From: Methanothrix sp.
GTDB lineage: Archaea; Halobacteriota; Methanosarcinia; Methanotrichales; Methanotrichaceae
Assembly (NCBI GenBank): GCA_963682135.1
Contig: OY821645.1
Span: 96,001-160,000 of the forward strand
DNA: 64,000 nucleotides
Reading direction: 5' to 3'
Position numbers and translations under genes: made by a program. The number at the start of each line of letters is the position of its first letter. Positions within the stretch are counted from its first letter, which is position 1. Positions 50,350 through 60,174 of this stretch are shown piece after piece. The notes under the pieces were generated by a model, which had not been told where the DNA came from, ran no database searches, and saw only the letters and a program-made list of their open reading frames with translations.

Positions 50350-53300
50350 CTATGAACTAAAAATTTCTCTGACAACGTAGTACCTCAAAGAATCTGAATC
50401 TGCCGTCTGGAGATAAATATCTCCTGCCAGAGATACCTGTTTATTCCTGCTCAACTTGATGGGATTGTCTTTGTTGTTCATTGAAATGTGATTCCTATCA
50501 ATCTCAGAGATCACTAACTTGCCGAAGTATGTCTTTTCCTTGATTGGGGTGGGCGAATCGGAAAGCTGCCAGACTCCGTCTATGGTGGCCAGGTCCTGAT
50601 CAGCACCTTTAAAGCCATTCTTGAAATGAACGGCTATAATGACCACGTTTTTAAGATCTCCCACATCTTTTTTGTAGATGTAGGTCTTATCAGCCATGCT
50701 AGCAGCCTCCTGAGAAGGATATATGATTGCAGAATGCATAACAGATCCATTCTTGGACAGTTCCAGATAGATATTGTTGGCGTCAGTGGAAATGGACTTT
50801 ATGGCAAGCTCATAGCCCTCTTCCAGCTTCAAGGGGGTGTTGGTTGTGATTGTCATCTCTGTGTCATCATCCTTGAGGATTTTCAATAGCTGCTTCTTGG
50901 CCAGAGCACTCTTGTCTGTGGACTTATCGAAAAGGAAGGCTTTTGAGGAGTCTGATTCCAGGTTGCCATCTTCGAGGCTCTCATCTCCTCTTTCATATTC
51001 TGCAAAGTACTTCTCCCCTAGAAATCCGATAATTCCATACGATCCCCAATCCTCGAATTCAAAGCTGGTTGTCACGGCACCAGTGGTATATGTAATACCA
51101 TCTGGATCGGCAAGCTTGCCATCGGTGACAGTCATTCTCAGCGATTCCGTCTTAATATTTTTGTCGAGATCATAGTAGAAACCGGCAAAGTTGTCCGCCG
51201 TCCAGTCGTATGTATCCGATGCCACAGCGCCTCTCAGCTCGTAGGTATCGGGGTTGGTGATATCCTTGTAGATATAGTATCTGATACTATCGGCATCGGC
51301 AGTCTTGATTCCCATGCCGGGCATCAGGGAGATGTCCTTATTCCTGCTGAGGGTTAAGTCGTTGTCCTGATTATTCATAGTGACGCTGTCGGGCGTGACT
51401 GTCAGGATAGTCATCTTGCCGTAATTTGTGCCCTTCGACACATCTATTGCCTCATCAGAGAGCTGCCAGATTCCATCGACGGTTGCCAGGTTCAGATCTG
51501 CACCCCGGAAGGCGTTCTTGAAATGAACGGCGACTGTGACCGCATCCTTCGAATTGCCGATATTCTTCTTGTAGATGAAGGTTTTATCAGCCATGTTTGC
51601 GCCATCCCTGGACGGAAAAATCTTCTTTGTGGCCAGCTTTGTACCGTCCTTAGTGAGCGTGAGTGTTACCGTGTTGGCATAGATGTCAATTGAATCGATA
51701 GATATCATGTATCCGTCTTCAAGCGTGAGTGGCGTGCCGCTGGTGACGGTTATTTCAGTACCATCATCTATGAGGATCTTGAGAAGCTTATTGTCGGAGA
51801 GAACATTCTTGACCCCGGATTCCTCGAATAGCCTATCGTCGATGCTGCCGGTGGTATCAAGGTATCCGGCAAAGCATTTCTCCCCCATGAAGCCTATGGC
51901 TCTGTACGAACCCCAATCCTCAAAGGCGAAGTCATTCTTTTGGGCAGTGGTTTGATAAGAAAGCCCATAAGGATAGCTTCCGCTTAACTTGCCTTCCTTC
52001 AAGGTTGCAGTTAGCACCTCCGTACCCACATTGCCGTTAAGATCGTAGTAGAATCCCGCGAAATTCTGGGGATTCCATTCAAAGTCTCCCGTGGCCGCTT
52101 GGCTATGAATCTCGAATAGTTTATCGGATCCGATCGAATATGTGCTCTTCTCAATGAAAGCAGGTTCTGATTTTTGCTTGGCTGCAGTGCTCTTTTTTAT
52201 TGAAGATGATATGGTTTCAAGAATGCCATGTGAATCTGCCTCTTCATCTCCAGCCTCATCCTTGCCAAGCTTTTGCTCAGGTGAAGCTGCGCTTGATACA
52301 GGTTCTCTTATGCCTGTCCCAGGAGCATCAGTCTCCCCGGAAGCATCTGTTGTTGCAGCATATCCTTCAACCTTGGTGAATCCGCAGGGCGATTCGGAGT
52401 TTTGAGACCATGTAGCCGGGTCCGAGTCTTGGACTGTATAGGTGCCTGCCAATATGATTTCATTGGGATGGACAATCCAGTAGCCTTTGGGCACCTTGCC
52501 CTGGTCGAGACTGGTCTCAACCTCCCAGGGTCCATAGAGTTTGCCATAACCATTTCTCAGGCTGATAGTCCCTCCAGGTGCATCTGTGCCATGATTCCAG
52601 TGATAGGTGTCGATGTAGGTAATCATCTGAGGTTTATCGATAGTGAAAAACGGACTGCAGGTTGGATTGTTATCAACAGAGACTTTATTCCAGCTATTGT
52701 AGATCACTTCGCTTTCTTCAGGTTCAGTGACCTCAGTCTTGGAGTGGTATGGTTCCAGGATTGCCTTCTCGGTTTCGACATCAAAGGATTCTTGACTGGA
52801 TAGGCCAGATGTGGTTGCGGTTGCCATCTCACCAGCGTGGACAAGAGTCTCTTCGCCAGTAGCTCTGGACTTGAGGGATGCGGTTCCAGTTAGAACCTTC
52901 AATATTGATGAACTTCCAGTCTCTTCGCAAACAATTGTAGTGCCTTTGATTCCTGCCACTGCTTGGCTCATCTGAATTTCCATCGAGCCATCTTTCAGCA
53001 TTCTTTTGAAATTAATCCAGACTTTGCCACAGACAAGAGCGATTTTGCTGTCTTTCTCAGGCGGCGTGTCTATAATAATTTCAGATTCAGGCTTTAATTC
53101 AAATGTCGTCATATCATCAAAAGATAGTATCGCCCGGCTCTCTTCTGCGGTGCGTATATGATCATATAATTGAATTATTGATTTCAATCCGGCTCCCCGC
53201 CATGCATCCTCATCAGAATCGGGACGAATGTCAACCTGGCCGGTTAAAGCACTGAATCTCACCCCAGAATCACGGGAATACATTGTCTCTGGCAGGTCTC

Positions 53301-53970
53301 CGCCAGAATCTTGTGAGGATTTAGACTCAGACCACCAACTTTTATAGTCGCATGATCCTTGGCAGCAATATTTATCATCGGCAGGCGGAAGTTGTGTATC
53401 TTCCGCCTTAGTCTCTGCGGGAACGGGATTAGGTTTTGCAGGTGCGCCTTGATATTTATAATTGTAAGTAACATAGCCGTGCAGACCGCTTATCAATATA
53501 AAGCTGGTATATATTTCCAGCTCTTCGTCTTGCGAACCATCAGGCACCGTGTAAGTAGCCGTATTTTTTCCCTGTGGATTTGTGGACCGTCCTTCCAAAA
53601 ACATCACGCTATTAGCATAGATCCCCCCACTGATTGGAATATCATTGAAAGGGGAGGTGAAGGTCATAGAAAAGCCGATGTTGCTGCCCGGATCCATATA
53701 ATCCGGAGGTTGCGTCCATGTAACGTCGCTGCTGTGTGTGCCGGATCTTTCCTTGAAGCAATCTGCAGACCACTTTACACTGTCATGCCCCTCGCCGTTG
53801 GTCACGGTAATTGTCTTGTCGATATAGCAGGGAGGAAGGTCAATTTCCTCGTCCCTGGTTATCACTGGATCTCCCTGAAGGTACCATCCGTCACCGTTAT
53901 CCTGCGACCAAGCCAGACTGGATAAGGCGAATAAGGCAAGAAATAGGATCAAATTTAGTCTCTTAATCAT
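50350..53970 (-). CDS. Secreted multidomain protein: FecR-like domain plus two S-layer duplication (DUF1608-type) domains
   Basis: Signal peptide; FecR-like D.IRT..ESRA.L.F.D...L.PES and AVAGIKGT; two copies of W...NFAGFYYDL...TE.L..FEDWG.Y..IGF.GEKYFA..HFKN.F.GAD..LAT.DG.WQLSD. Confidence 0.85.
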   Translation of the reverse strand: MIKRLNLILFLALFALSSLAWSQDNGDGWYLQGDPVITRDEEIDLPPCYIDKTITVTNGEGHDSVKWSADCFKERSGTHSSDVTWTQPPDYMDPGSNIGFSMTFTSPFNDIPISGGIYANSVMFLEGRSTNPQGKNTATYTVPDGSQDEELEIYTSFILISGLHGYVTYNYKYQGAPAKPNPVPAETKAEDTQLPPADDKYCCQGSCDYKSWWSESKSSQDSGGDLPETMYSRDSGVRFSALTGQVDIRPDSDEDAWRGAGLKSIIQLYDHIRTAEESRAILSFDDMTTFELKPESEIIIDTPPEKDSKIALVCGKVWINFKRMLKDGSMEIQMSQAVAGIKGTTIVCEETGSSSILKVLTGTASLKSRATGEETLVHAGEMATATTSGLSSQESFDVETEKAILEPYHSKTEVTEPEESEVIYNSWNKVSVDNNPTCSPFFTIDKPQMITYIDTYHWNHGTDAPGGTISLRNGYGKLYGPWEVETSLDQGKVPKGYWIVHPNEIILAGTYTVQDSDPATWSQNSESPCGFTKVEGYAATTDASGETDAPGTGIREPVSSAASPEQKLGKDEAGDEEADSHGILETISSSIKKSTAAKQKSEPAFIEKSTYSIGSDKLFEIHSQAATGDFEWNPQNFAGFYYDLNGNVGTEVLTATLKEGKLSGSYPYGLSYQTTAQKNDFAFEDWGSYRAIGFMGEKCFAGYLDTTGSIDDRLFEESGVKNVLSDNKLLKILIDDGTEITVTSGTPLTLEDGYMISIDSIDIYANTVTLTLTKDGTKLATKKIFPSRDGANMADKTFIYKKNIGNSKDAVTVAVHFKNAFRGADLNLATVDGIWQLSDEAIDVSKGTNYGKMTILTVTPDSVTMNNQDNDLTLSRNKDISLMPGMGIKTADADSIRYYIYKDITNPDTYELRGAVASDTYDWTADNFAGFYYDLDKNIKTESLRMTVTDGKLADPDGITYTTGAVTTSFEFEDWGSYGIIGFLGEKYFAEYERGDESLEDGNLESDSSKAFLFDKSTDKSALAKKQLLKILKDDDTEMTITTNTPLKLEEGYELAIKSISTDANNIYLELSKNGSVMHSAIIYPSQEAASMADKTYIYKKDVGDLKNVVIIAVHFKNGFKGADQDLATIDGVWQLSDSPTPIKEKTYFGKLVISEIDRNHISMNNKDNPIKLSRNKQVSLAGDIYLQTADSDSLRYYVVREIFSS

Positions 53971-54114
53971 AGACAGTTATTTAGATGGAAAGTATATAAT
54001 TATAGCTAAGGCTTGATCTCTGCGGCTGTGGGTTGGATCTGGGTGGCTTGCAGGTCTTTGCACCACTGCAATTGTGCCGGCTGTAACACTGCAAGTCATC
54101 AAGGCCCCTATCAC

Positions 54115-55740
54115 TTATATATTGTATATTCTCTCGTACTTGCTGTCCAGGTATCTTAGAAAATCATAGGCTTGCGTCTCGTTTCCTGTTGCTATTTTCA
54201 TCAGCTGCGGCGTATCATAGATGGCACCATACTTGTAGACATGTTCTGCCATCCAGTCGACAGGTATGGAGAAATCGCCACAAGCAAATCTCAGGTCAAG
54301 ATCTGGATGGTCTCTTCTCATGGCTCCCTCCAATTGAGCGGAATTCATGGAAGCAATGGCATAAGCCGGGAAGTAGCCAAAGTTTCCATAGGCCCAATGA
54401 ACATCCTGAAGTATGCCGTTATTATCATCAGTTATGTTCAAACCCAAGTACTCCTTGTACTTTTGGTTCCATATCATCGGCAGATCGTCAACGCTGATCT
54501 TTCCCTCGAAGAGGTCGCGTTCTATCTCATAGCGAATAATTATATGAAGTATATAGGATACCTCGTCGGCGTCAATGCGGATCGGGATGATATTGAGCCG
54601 ATTGATGTATCTATGCATATCGTCCACCGAGACATTATCCATGTTTGGTCGAAACTCGTTCTTCATCTGAGGCAGCCAGTACTGCCAGAAAGCAATGCTG
54701 CGGGCCAGATTATTCTCGAATAGCCTGGCCTCAGCCTCAGCCATATCCATGCCCGGTTCCGTTGCAATGGGCATTCCCACGTACTCATCAGGAATCCTCT
54801 GGGCGGCTATGCCGTGACCGCATTCGTGAATCACATCCAGAAGGGCTATCTCTGGATTGTGATTGTCATAACGCAGGCTGGTTCTGACATCATGCATACC
54901 TATACTGTAGGTTGACGGGTTCCTCTTGGCTTTGACCATAATTCCTGCTTCGTAATCGAATCCCAGAGCAGATGTGAGATTCCTGAGCAAAGCCTCCTGT
55001 TTTTCTTTTGGATAGGTGGCGTTGCCATAGACATTTATGTCGGAGCCTTTTAAGCCCGACTCATTTATCTTGACGATCAGTTCGATAATGTGAGGCTTTA
55101 TGGTTTCAAAGAGCTCATCGCACTTGGCCGCAGTCATTCCCGGCATAAAGTCATCCAGGAGGGCGTCATAAGGATGCTCCTCATATCCCCACGCTCTTGC
55201 CTTCTCCCGGTTCAGTTCAACCAGGTCCTTTAGGTAGGGCTGGAATATAGAGTAATTGTTCTTCTCCCTGGCATTCTCCCAGGCAACCAGAGATTTGGAG
55301 ACCATCTCCGACTCACGCATAGCGAAATCTGGCGGAAGCTTTATCCTCTTGTTGTAGTCGCGATTCCACAGCCGGAGGTTTGCGGTTTCGATCTCAGACC
55401 AATTGCTGCCGTTATTAGCAATAGAGAGAAGCCTTCCGAATTCCGGATCGATCCACTTTTTATTCTTCAGGTCCTCCATATAGCTCTGGGCCTTGGCCCG
55501 ATATTTCGTAGCATTCTGAGGCATGGAAATATCCTGATCCCATTGGGAGAGGCCAATCATGGTATCGAGGTAAGCCATCTCCATGGAAGTGTTCAGGAGT
55601 AGGCTATATGCCTCTTTTGGAGTAATATCCGTACTATTTTTCTGGTCGGTCCTGCCCTGCATCTGGCAGCTTGCGCCCAGAGTGATAAGCAGTATCGTCA
55701 TTATCAGGATGAATCCTATCTTATGGATGTTGCAGCTCAT
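54115..55740 (-). CDS. M32 (carboxypeptidase Taq) family metallopeptidase with N-terminal signal peptide
   Basis: WDQ...MP, YDALLD, HECGH, IR.DADE..Y.LHI..RYEIE, GILQDVHW..G.FGYFP.Y motifs. ATG 55740 follows GAGGGAG. Confidence 0.88.
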   Translation of the reverse strand: MSCNIHKIGFILIMTILLITLGASCQMQGRTDQKNSTDITPKEAYSLLLNTSMEMAYLDTMIGLSQWDQDISMPQNATKYRAKAQSYMEDLKNKKWIDPEFGRLLSIANNGSNWSEIETANLRLWNRDYNKRIKLPPDFAMRESEMVSKSLVAWENAREKNNYSIFQPYLKDLVELNREKARAWGYEEHPYDALLDDFMPGMTAAKCDELFETIKPHIIELIVKINESGLKGSDINVYGNATYPKEKQEALLRNLTSALGFDYEAGIMVKAKRNPSTYSIGMHDVRTSLRYDNHNPEIALLDVIHECGHGIAAQRIPDEYVGMPIATEPGMDMAEAEARLFENNLARSIAFWQYWLPQMKNEFRPNMDNVSVDDMHRYINRLNIIPIRIDADEVSYILHIIIRYEIERDLFEGKISVDDLPMIWNQKYKEYLGLNITDDNNGILQDVHWAYGNFGYFPAYAIASMNSAQLEGAMRRDHPDLDLRFACGDFSIPVDWMAEHVYKYGAIYDTPQLMKIATGNETQAYDFLRYLDSKYERIYNI

Positions 55741-56066
55741 TATCTCCCTCTGTACGCAGACTGAAAACCTTCGAATATTTACTTGTTTCATCTCTTTGGT
55801 CATGGATCTTGAGAACGAGGGCAATATGGGGCACCACTGGAGCGCGGTAGACAACCTCTTCTTCTTGTTCCCATGCTATTTTATTGAATTGGAGCATTTC
55901 GCTTTCAGCATTTTTCAGATTCATGTTCGCGATGAACATCGCCTGATGTAGGCTATCGCATATCAGCGAATTTGCGCAGATCTGCATTGCCACAAAGGAC
56001 CTCGCTTTTGTTGTTTTTGCCCGACAGTGATATGATTGTAAAGATCCCATGCGTCAGAGCTAGGAG

Positions 56067-56543
56067 ATGCAAATGAGATTTCAAAGCAGCACAACTCTGG
56101 CATTGCTCTGTGCCTTAATCATCATCTGGTTGGGGGCGGCGCAGGCCACGGTGGTCGTCAACGAGGTGGAGTCAAATCCGGCCGGGGATGAGAGCGCCTT
56201 CAAGACCGCCATAACTGCCTGGTTTGAGCTTTATAATAACGATGATAAGGATGTTGACATCAGCGGATGGAGCATAAAAAACTCAGAGGGCAGATCGATT
56301 ATCCTCCCCCCGGACACAGTCATCAGAGGCCTGGATTACTATGTGCAGGATGTCAGGCCCGGGTGGCTGGCCCAGACCGGCGAGATCCTGGTGCTGACCG
56401 ATTCCGGCGGAACGGAGGTGGACCGGACGGCTGTTCTCAGCGACGAAGAGGATAATGAGATGGCCTGGACCCGAGATCCGGACGGAAGGAACACCAACAG
56501 CACGGAAGACTGGAAGTTCCTGGCCAACAGCCGCGGATTTTAA
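56067..56543 (+). CDS. Secreted lamin-tail-domain (LTD) protein
   Basis: Signal peptide; VVNEVE.NP.G, WFELYN, VDISGWSI, L.D..G..VD motifs. Confidence 0.85.
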   Translation: MQMRFQSSTTLALLCALIIIWLGAAQATVVVNEVESNPAGDESAFKTAITAWFELYNNDDKDVDISGWSIKNSEGRSIILPPDTVIRGLDYYVQDVRPGWLAQTGEILVLTDSGGTEVDRTAVLSDEEDNEMAWTRDPDGRNTNSTEDWKFLANSRGF

Positions 56544-57097
56544 TGGGATACGAGGCGTCGCTGGAGCTGGCCTGGGATGAGCTGGAGGCTCTGGCTCTGC
56601 AGGACTGCATGGTCTCGCTCCTGGGAGACGACTACCAGGTGAGGGCAAAGGAAAGAGAGGTGCTGCTGGCCAGCGGTGCTCTGGCCGGCCAGATGCAGGC
56701 CGTGCTCATCTTGCACTACATGATCGGCCTTTTAAGGCACGGCTACCATCCCAGAGGCGAATGGATCTCCTTCAAAGAGACCAGGGACGGTACTCTTTTT
56801 TGGCCGGCTTTCCAGAAGAGCACCATAAAACCGCTGGTGCAGAGCTTCCAGACCGACCCGGAGGGCCTGGTGCGAAATTTGGTGGAGCGCCTGGGCGGCA
56901 GGGAGGTGGATGGCGGAGATGTGGCATTCGAGGTGGCTACGTTTCCCGGCGTGTTCGTGAGGCTGGTCTTCTGGCAAGGAGATGAGGAGCTGCCGCCCGA
57001 GGCGAGCCTGCTCTTTGACAGAGGGCTGACGGAGATCTACAGCACCGAGGACGTGGCGGTGCTGCTGCTGGCGACGGTGCAGAAGTCAACAGAATGA
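56543..57097 (+). CDS. DUF3786-like protein
   Basis: LILHY, GEWISF.E, FP.V....W.GDEE.P....LLFD, EDVA motifs. Confidence 0.75.
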   Translation: MGYEASLELAWDELEALALQDCMVSLLGDDYQVRAKEREVLLASGALAGQMQAVLILHYMIGLLRHGYHPRGEWISFKETRDGTLFWPAFQKSTIKPLVQSFQTDPEGLVRNLVERLGGREVDGGDVAFEVATFPGVFVRLVFWQGDEELPPEASLLFDRGLTEIYSTEDVAVLLLATVQKSTE

Positions 57098-57147
57098 AAG
57101 CAATTGAACAGGCGTAGATATTTATTCGATCGAGCATATCGTAAAGC

Positions 57148-57354
57148 ATGCGACAGGTCATAGTCTACCCCGGAGAGAATGGCTACTTTGTGGCAGAAGT
57201 GCCCAGCCTTCCCGGCTGCATCAGCCAGGGAAAAAGCAAAGAAGAGGCACTACAAAACATCAGGGAAGCGATCCGGCTTTATATTTCCGTTTTGCAGGAT
57301 GATAACATTTCAGTTCCTGAAGAGCATTTTGACGTCCTTGTGGCAGTGGTATGA
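57148..57354 (+). CDS. hicB: HicB-like (UPF0150) antitoxin
   Basis: YFVAEVPSLPGCISQGKSKEEALQNIREAI motif. Confidence 0.85.
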   Translation: MRQVIVYPGENGYFVAEVPSLPGCISQGKSKEEALQNIREAIRLYISVLQDDNISVPEEHFDVLVAVV

Positions 57355-57421
57355 GCAGGCTTCTTGGCCTATGGATTAAAGATAACTGCATCAATTGAAA
57401 AAATCTATATTATCGATACTA

Positions 57422-58783
57422 TTATTCTACATATTCATAATGCCGGTATCCCTGATGATCAATTCCCACCAGGGCAAACTCACCCTTGGGCGGCAGCACG
57501 CTCTCTTTCTTCTTCCCTTCGTGAAGCTGCTCATAATCCTGCAAAGATATCTGCTTTCTCTCTGCTAGCCTCTGCATCAGACCTCTCAAGGGCACAGATT
57601 CGGCCTGCGGCTGGACAATGGCTGAGAAGAATAGTGCCGAGCAGCCGCTGCCGTAGGCTCCGAAGCACACTCTCTCTTTGGCCTGAATCTTCTGCAGCTC
57701 CAGCAGGCTTGCCAGGCCCAGGTAGATCGATCCGGTGTAGATGTTTCCGATCTGGCGGGAGAGCGTGGCCGTATCCCTGACCTTGGCTCCGAATGCCTGC
57801 AGGAATTGCTGCGACTTTGCAAAGCGCCGGGCGTAGTCCGCCTCTGCCGCCTGATATTTTTCTGGATCATCGTAATCCAGGGCGGCAGGCTCCCTTCCCA
57901 GCTCCCGCTCGATCTCGCTAGATCTGCGGCTCTCTCTCCAGTCGTGCCTCAGAATGGCAGCGGAAGCGTACTCGACCATTCTGGGATAGGGAATATGAAA
58001 GAGAAGATGCTCTACGAAATCTGTGACGCACTCGCCTTTTTCGGGAGTTATGACCCCCAGGCGCCTGGATTTGGCGGCAAATGAATCGAAGGCTCCTTGC
58101 ATGGCATCCAGATAGCACTGGTTGCTGTGCTTTCCGTTTACAACCGCAGTGGTGCAGCCCATGGGCCGGAAGAAGTCATTCTCGTCCCTGGTGAAGGATC
58201 CGTAGATCTGCTCCAGGGCCAGCAGACGGGGATTCTTCTTTACCAGCAGGGCAATGCTTCCCGCTCCCTGGGTGTACTCGCCTGCTGAGGCAAGCGGGTA
58301 CTTGGCCACATCCGAGGCGATGACAATGCCCACCTTGCCTTCCTCTTCCGCCGCCACCCAGTAGCTGAGGCTCTCCAGAGCAAAGGTCGTGCCGATGCAG
58401 GCTGCCTTGAACTCGACGGTGCTGCATTCCTGGAAGGAGCCATTGCCGTAGATCTGCTCCAGCATGCCGATGACGTAGGTCCCCAGGGCCTTGGCCTCAT
58501 CCGGAGCCGACTCAGTTCCCACATAGATCTTGCCGATCTCTTGCGGACGGAGACCAGTTCGCCGCATGAGATCCAATAGAGACATGGCCGCCATGCTGGC
58601 CGCGTCCTCATGCGCATCGGGAACGGCCATGCGTTCGATGCCGATTCCTTTAATCAATTTGCCGGGATCAATGCCACGATTAGCGGAGAACTCTCCTGCC
58701 AGGGGAAGAAAAAGCCTGGGCACATAAACAGATAGATCATCGATTCCCACTGCCTTGCATACAGGCACATTGTTTCCAGGCAT
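57422..58783 (-). CDS. mvaS: Hydroxymethylglutaryl-CoA synthase, bacterial MvaS-like type
   Basis: EDAASMA, VGTES, EFKAACIG (catalytic Cys), GEYTQGAG, DFFRP, FHIPY, GNIYTGS, YGSG motifs. ATG 58783 or TTG 58804 start. Confidence 0.88.
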   Translation of the reverse strand: MPGNNVPVCKAVGIDDLSVYVPRLFLPLAGEFSANRGIDPGKLIKGIGIERMAVPDAHEDAASMAAMSLLDLMRRTGLRPQEIGKIYVGTESAPDEAKALGTYVIGMLEQIYGNGSFQECSTVEFKAACIGTTFALESLSYWVAAEEEGKVGIVIASDVAKYPLASAGEYTQGAGSIALLVKKNPRLLALEQIYGSFTRDENDFFRPMGCTTAVVNGKHSNQCYLDAMQGAFDSFAAKSRRLGVITPEKGECVTDFVEHLLFHIPYPRMVEYASAAILRHDWRESRRSSEIERELGREPAALDYDDPEKYQAAEADYARRFAKSQQFLQAFGAKVRDTATLSRQIGNIYTGSIYLGLASLLELQKIQAKERVCFGAYGSGCSALFFSAIVQPQAESVPLRGLMQRLAERKQISLQDYEQLHEGKKKESVLPPKGEFALVGIDHQGYRHYEYVE

Positions 58784-58941
58784 GTCTTCAGTACTCCTGC
58801 TCAAGATTTGGCATCTCCTTGCTACCGGCTCATGCGTGGCTGGATATTATTTCAGGTTTTTGCTTATCTCTTACCCCTTTCGGAAAATATATCAATGAGA
58901 AACGCCTAACTACAATCTAGAATTTTAGGAGTGATAGAGAT

Positions 58942-59160
58942 ATGGCAGACGGAGATGTGTACAAAATAATAGAACTGGTCGGAACTTCCAAGACAAGCTG
59001 GGAAGAAGCAGTCAAGACCGTTGTTGATAGGGCCACTAAAAGCCTGAGAGACCTTCGTATTGCCGAAGTCAAAGAGCTGGATGTCCGGTTGGAGAACGGA
59101 AAGATCGCGGAGTACAGGGCTAAGGTAAGGCTCTCCTTCAAATATGAGGGTGAAGAGTAG
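58942..59160 (+). CDS. Dodecin family flavin-binding protein
   Basis: VYKIIELVGTS..SWEEA......A.K.LR...I.EYR....SF. Confidence 0.9.
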   Translation: MADGDVYKIIELVGTSKTSWEEAVKTVVDRATKSLRDLRIAEVKELDVRLENGKIAEYRAKVRLSFKYEGEE

Positions 59161-59205
59161 ATCCAGCTCAAAATATATTTTTTAAATTCAAATATAGTTC
59201 TCAAT

Positions 59206-60054
59206 TCAGATATCTTTGGGCACGACCTTGATCTCGAAGAGCCTGGGCCATAGTTTTCCAGTCACAAAGAGCCGATCATCTTTCGCGTCGTATGCAATGC
59301 CGTTTAAAACATCTACTTTGCTGCCCTGAAGATCGCTCTCCTGCAAAATCCCCTGCAAATTTATTTTTCCTTTCACCTCGCCGCTCTCAGGAGATATTAT
59401 CGCAATCCAATTTGTCGGCCAGATGTTGGCATAGATCTGCCCTTTGATATACTCCAGCTCATTTAGGCCCTCTTGCGGCCTGCCGTTGGTTGTGACCAGT
59501 ATCCGACCCTTCTCTGCAAAGCTCTCAGGATCGAGAATATGCAAAACGTCTGTGCCATCGCTCATGATCAGACTCTTACCGTCGGTGGTTATGCCCCAGC
59601 CCTCCGTCTGGTAGCTGAAGTTGCCAATCAGGGTCATATTCTCCTTGCCATAGACCAGGCCCAGGCCTGACTGCCAGGTAAGCTGAATGATGCGATCTTT
59701 CCATAGAGCTATGCCTTCTCCGAATAAGTTGCCATCCAGGAGCGTCTGCTTAAGAATCCGGCCCGTTTGCAGTTCGACGTGACATAGCATTGATCGCCCA
59801 TACAGCCCCGTTCCCTCATAGAGCAGTCCATCATCATAAACCAGGCCTTGAGTAAATGCCTGGCTGCTGTGGGGATAGACATTGATGATCTCGTAGCCGA
59901 AGAGGGGTATCGTACCTTCACCTTCCCGGACCAGATCAGAGCTGCCCTGCGCGGCAAAGACTACAGCTGCCGGGAGCACAATAGCCAGGAGGGCCAGGAG
60001 AGCGAATCGCGGTGTTGAGGCTTTTTTCATCGGCATGGCAATCATCTTCGGCAC
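59206..60054 (-). CDS. Secreted glutaminyl-peptide cyclotransferase (plant/bacterial type)
   Basis: Signal peptide; AFTQGL, EGTGLYG, FGEGI, QLTW, EGWG, MSDG, LNELE, ANIW, VLNGIA, TGK.WP motifs. Confidence 0.92.
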   Translation of the reverse strand: MPKMIAMPMKKASTPRFALLALLAIVLPAAVVFAAQGSSDLVREGEGTIPLFGYEIINVYPHSSQAFTQGLVYDDGLLYEGTGLYGRSMLCHVELQTGRILKQTLLDGNLFGEGIALWKDRIIQLTWQSGLGLVYGKENMTLIGNFSYQTEGWGITTDGKSLIMSDGTDVLHILDPESFAEKGRILVTTNGRPQEGLNELEYIKGQIYANIWPTNWIAIISPESGEVKGKINLQGILQESDLQGSKVDVLNGIAYDAKDDRLFVTGKLWPRLFEIKVVPKDI

Positions 60055-60174
60055 AATTTAAAAAAGTCTATTGGCACGGGGCTTTAAGAATTTTCCGCAA
60101 TTTATCTGGGGCGATCTTGTAAAGCAAAGAACTAAAATGCAGGGATAGTATCATGAGATCAACGAGAGGTTTTA

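Noticed and set aside
55721-56050. 109-aa minus-strand ORF upstream of the M32 gene
   Set aside because: It has no recognisable motif and cannot be distinguished from a chance ORF.
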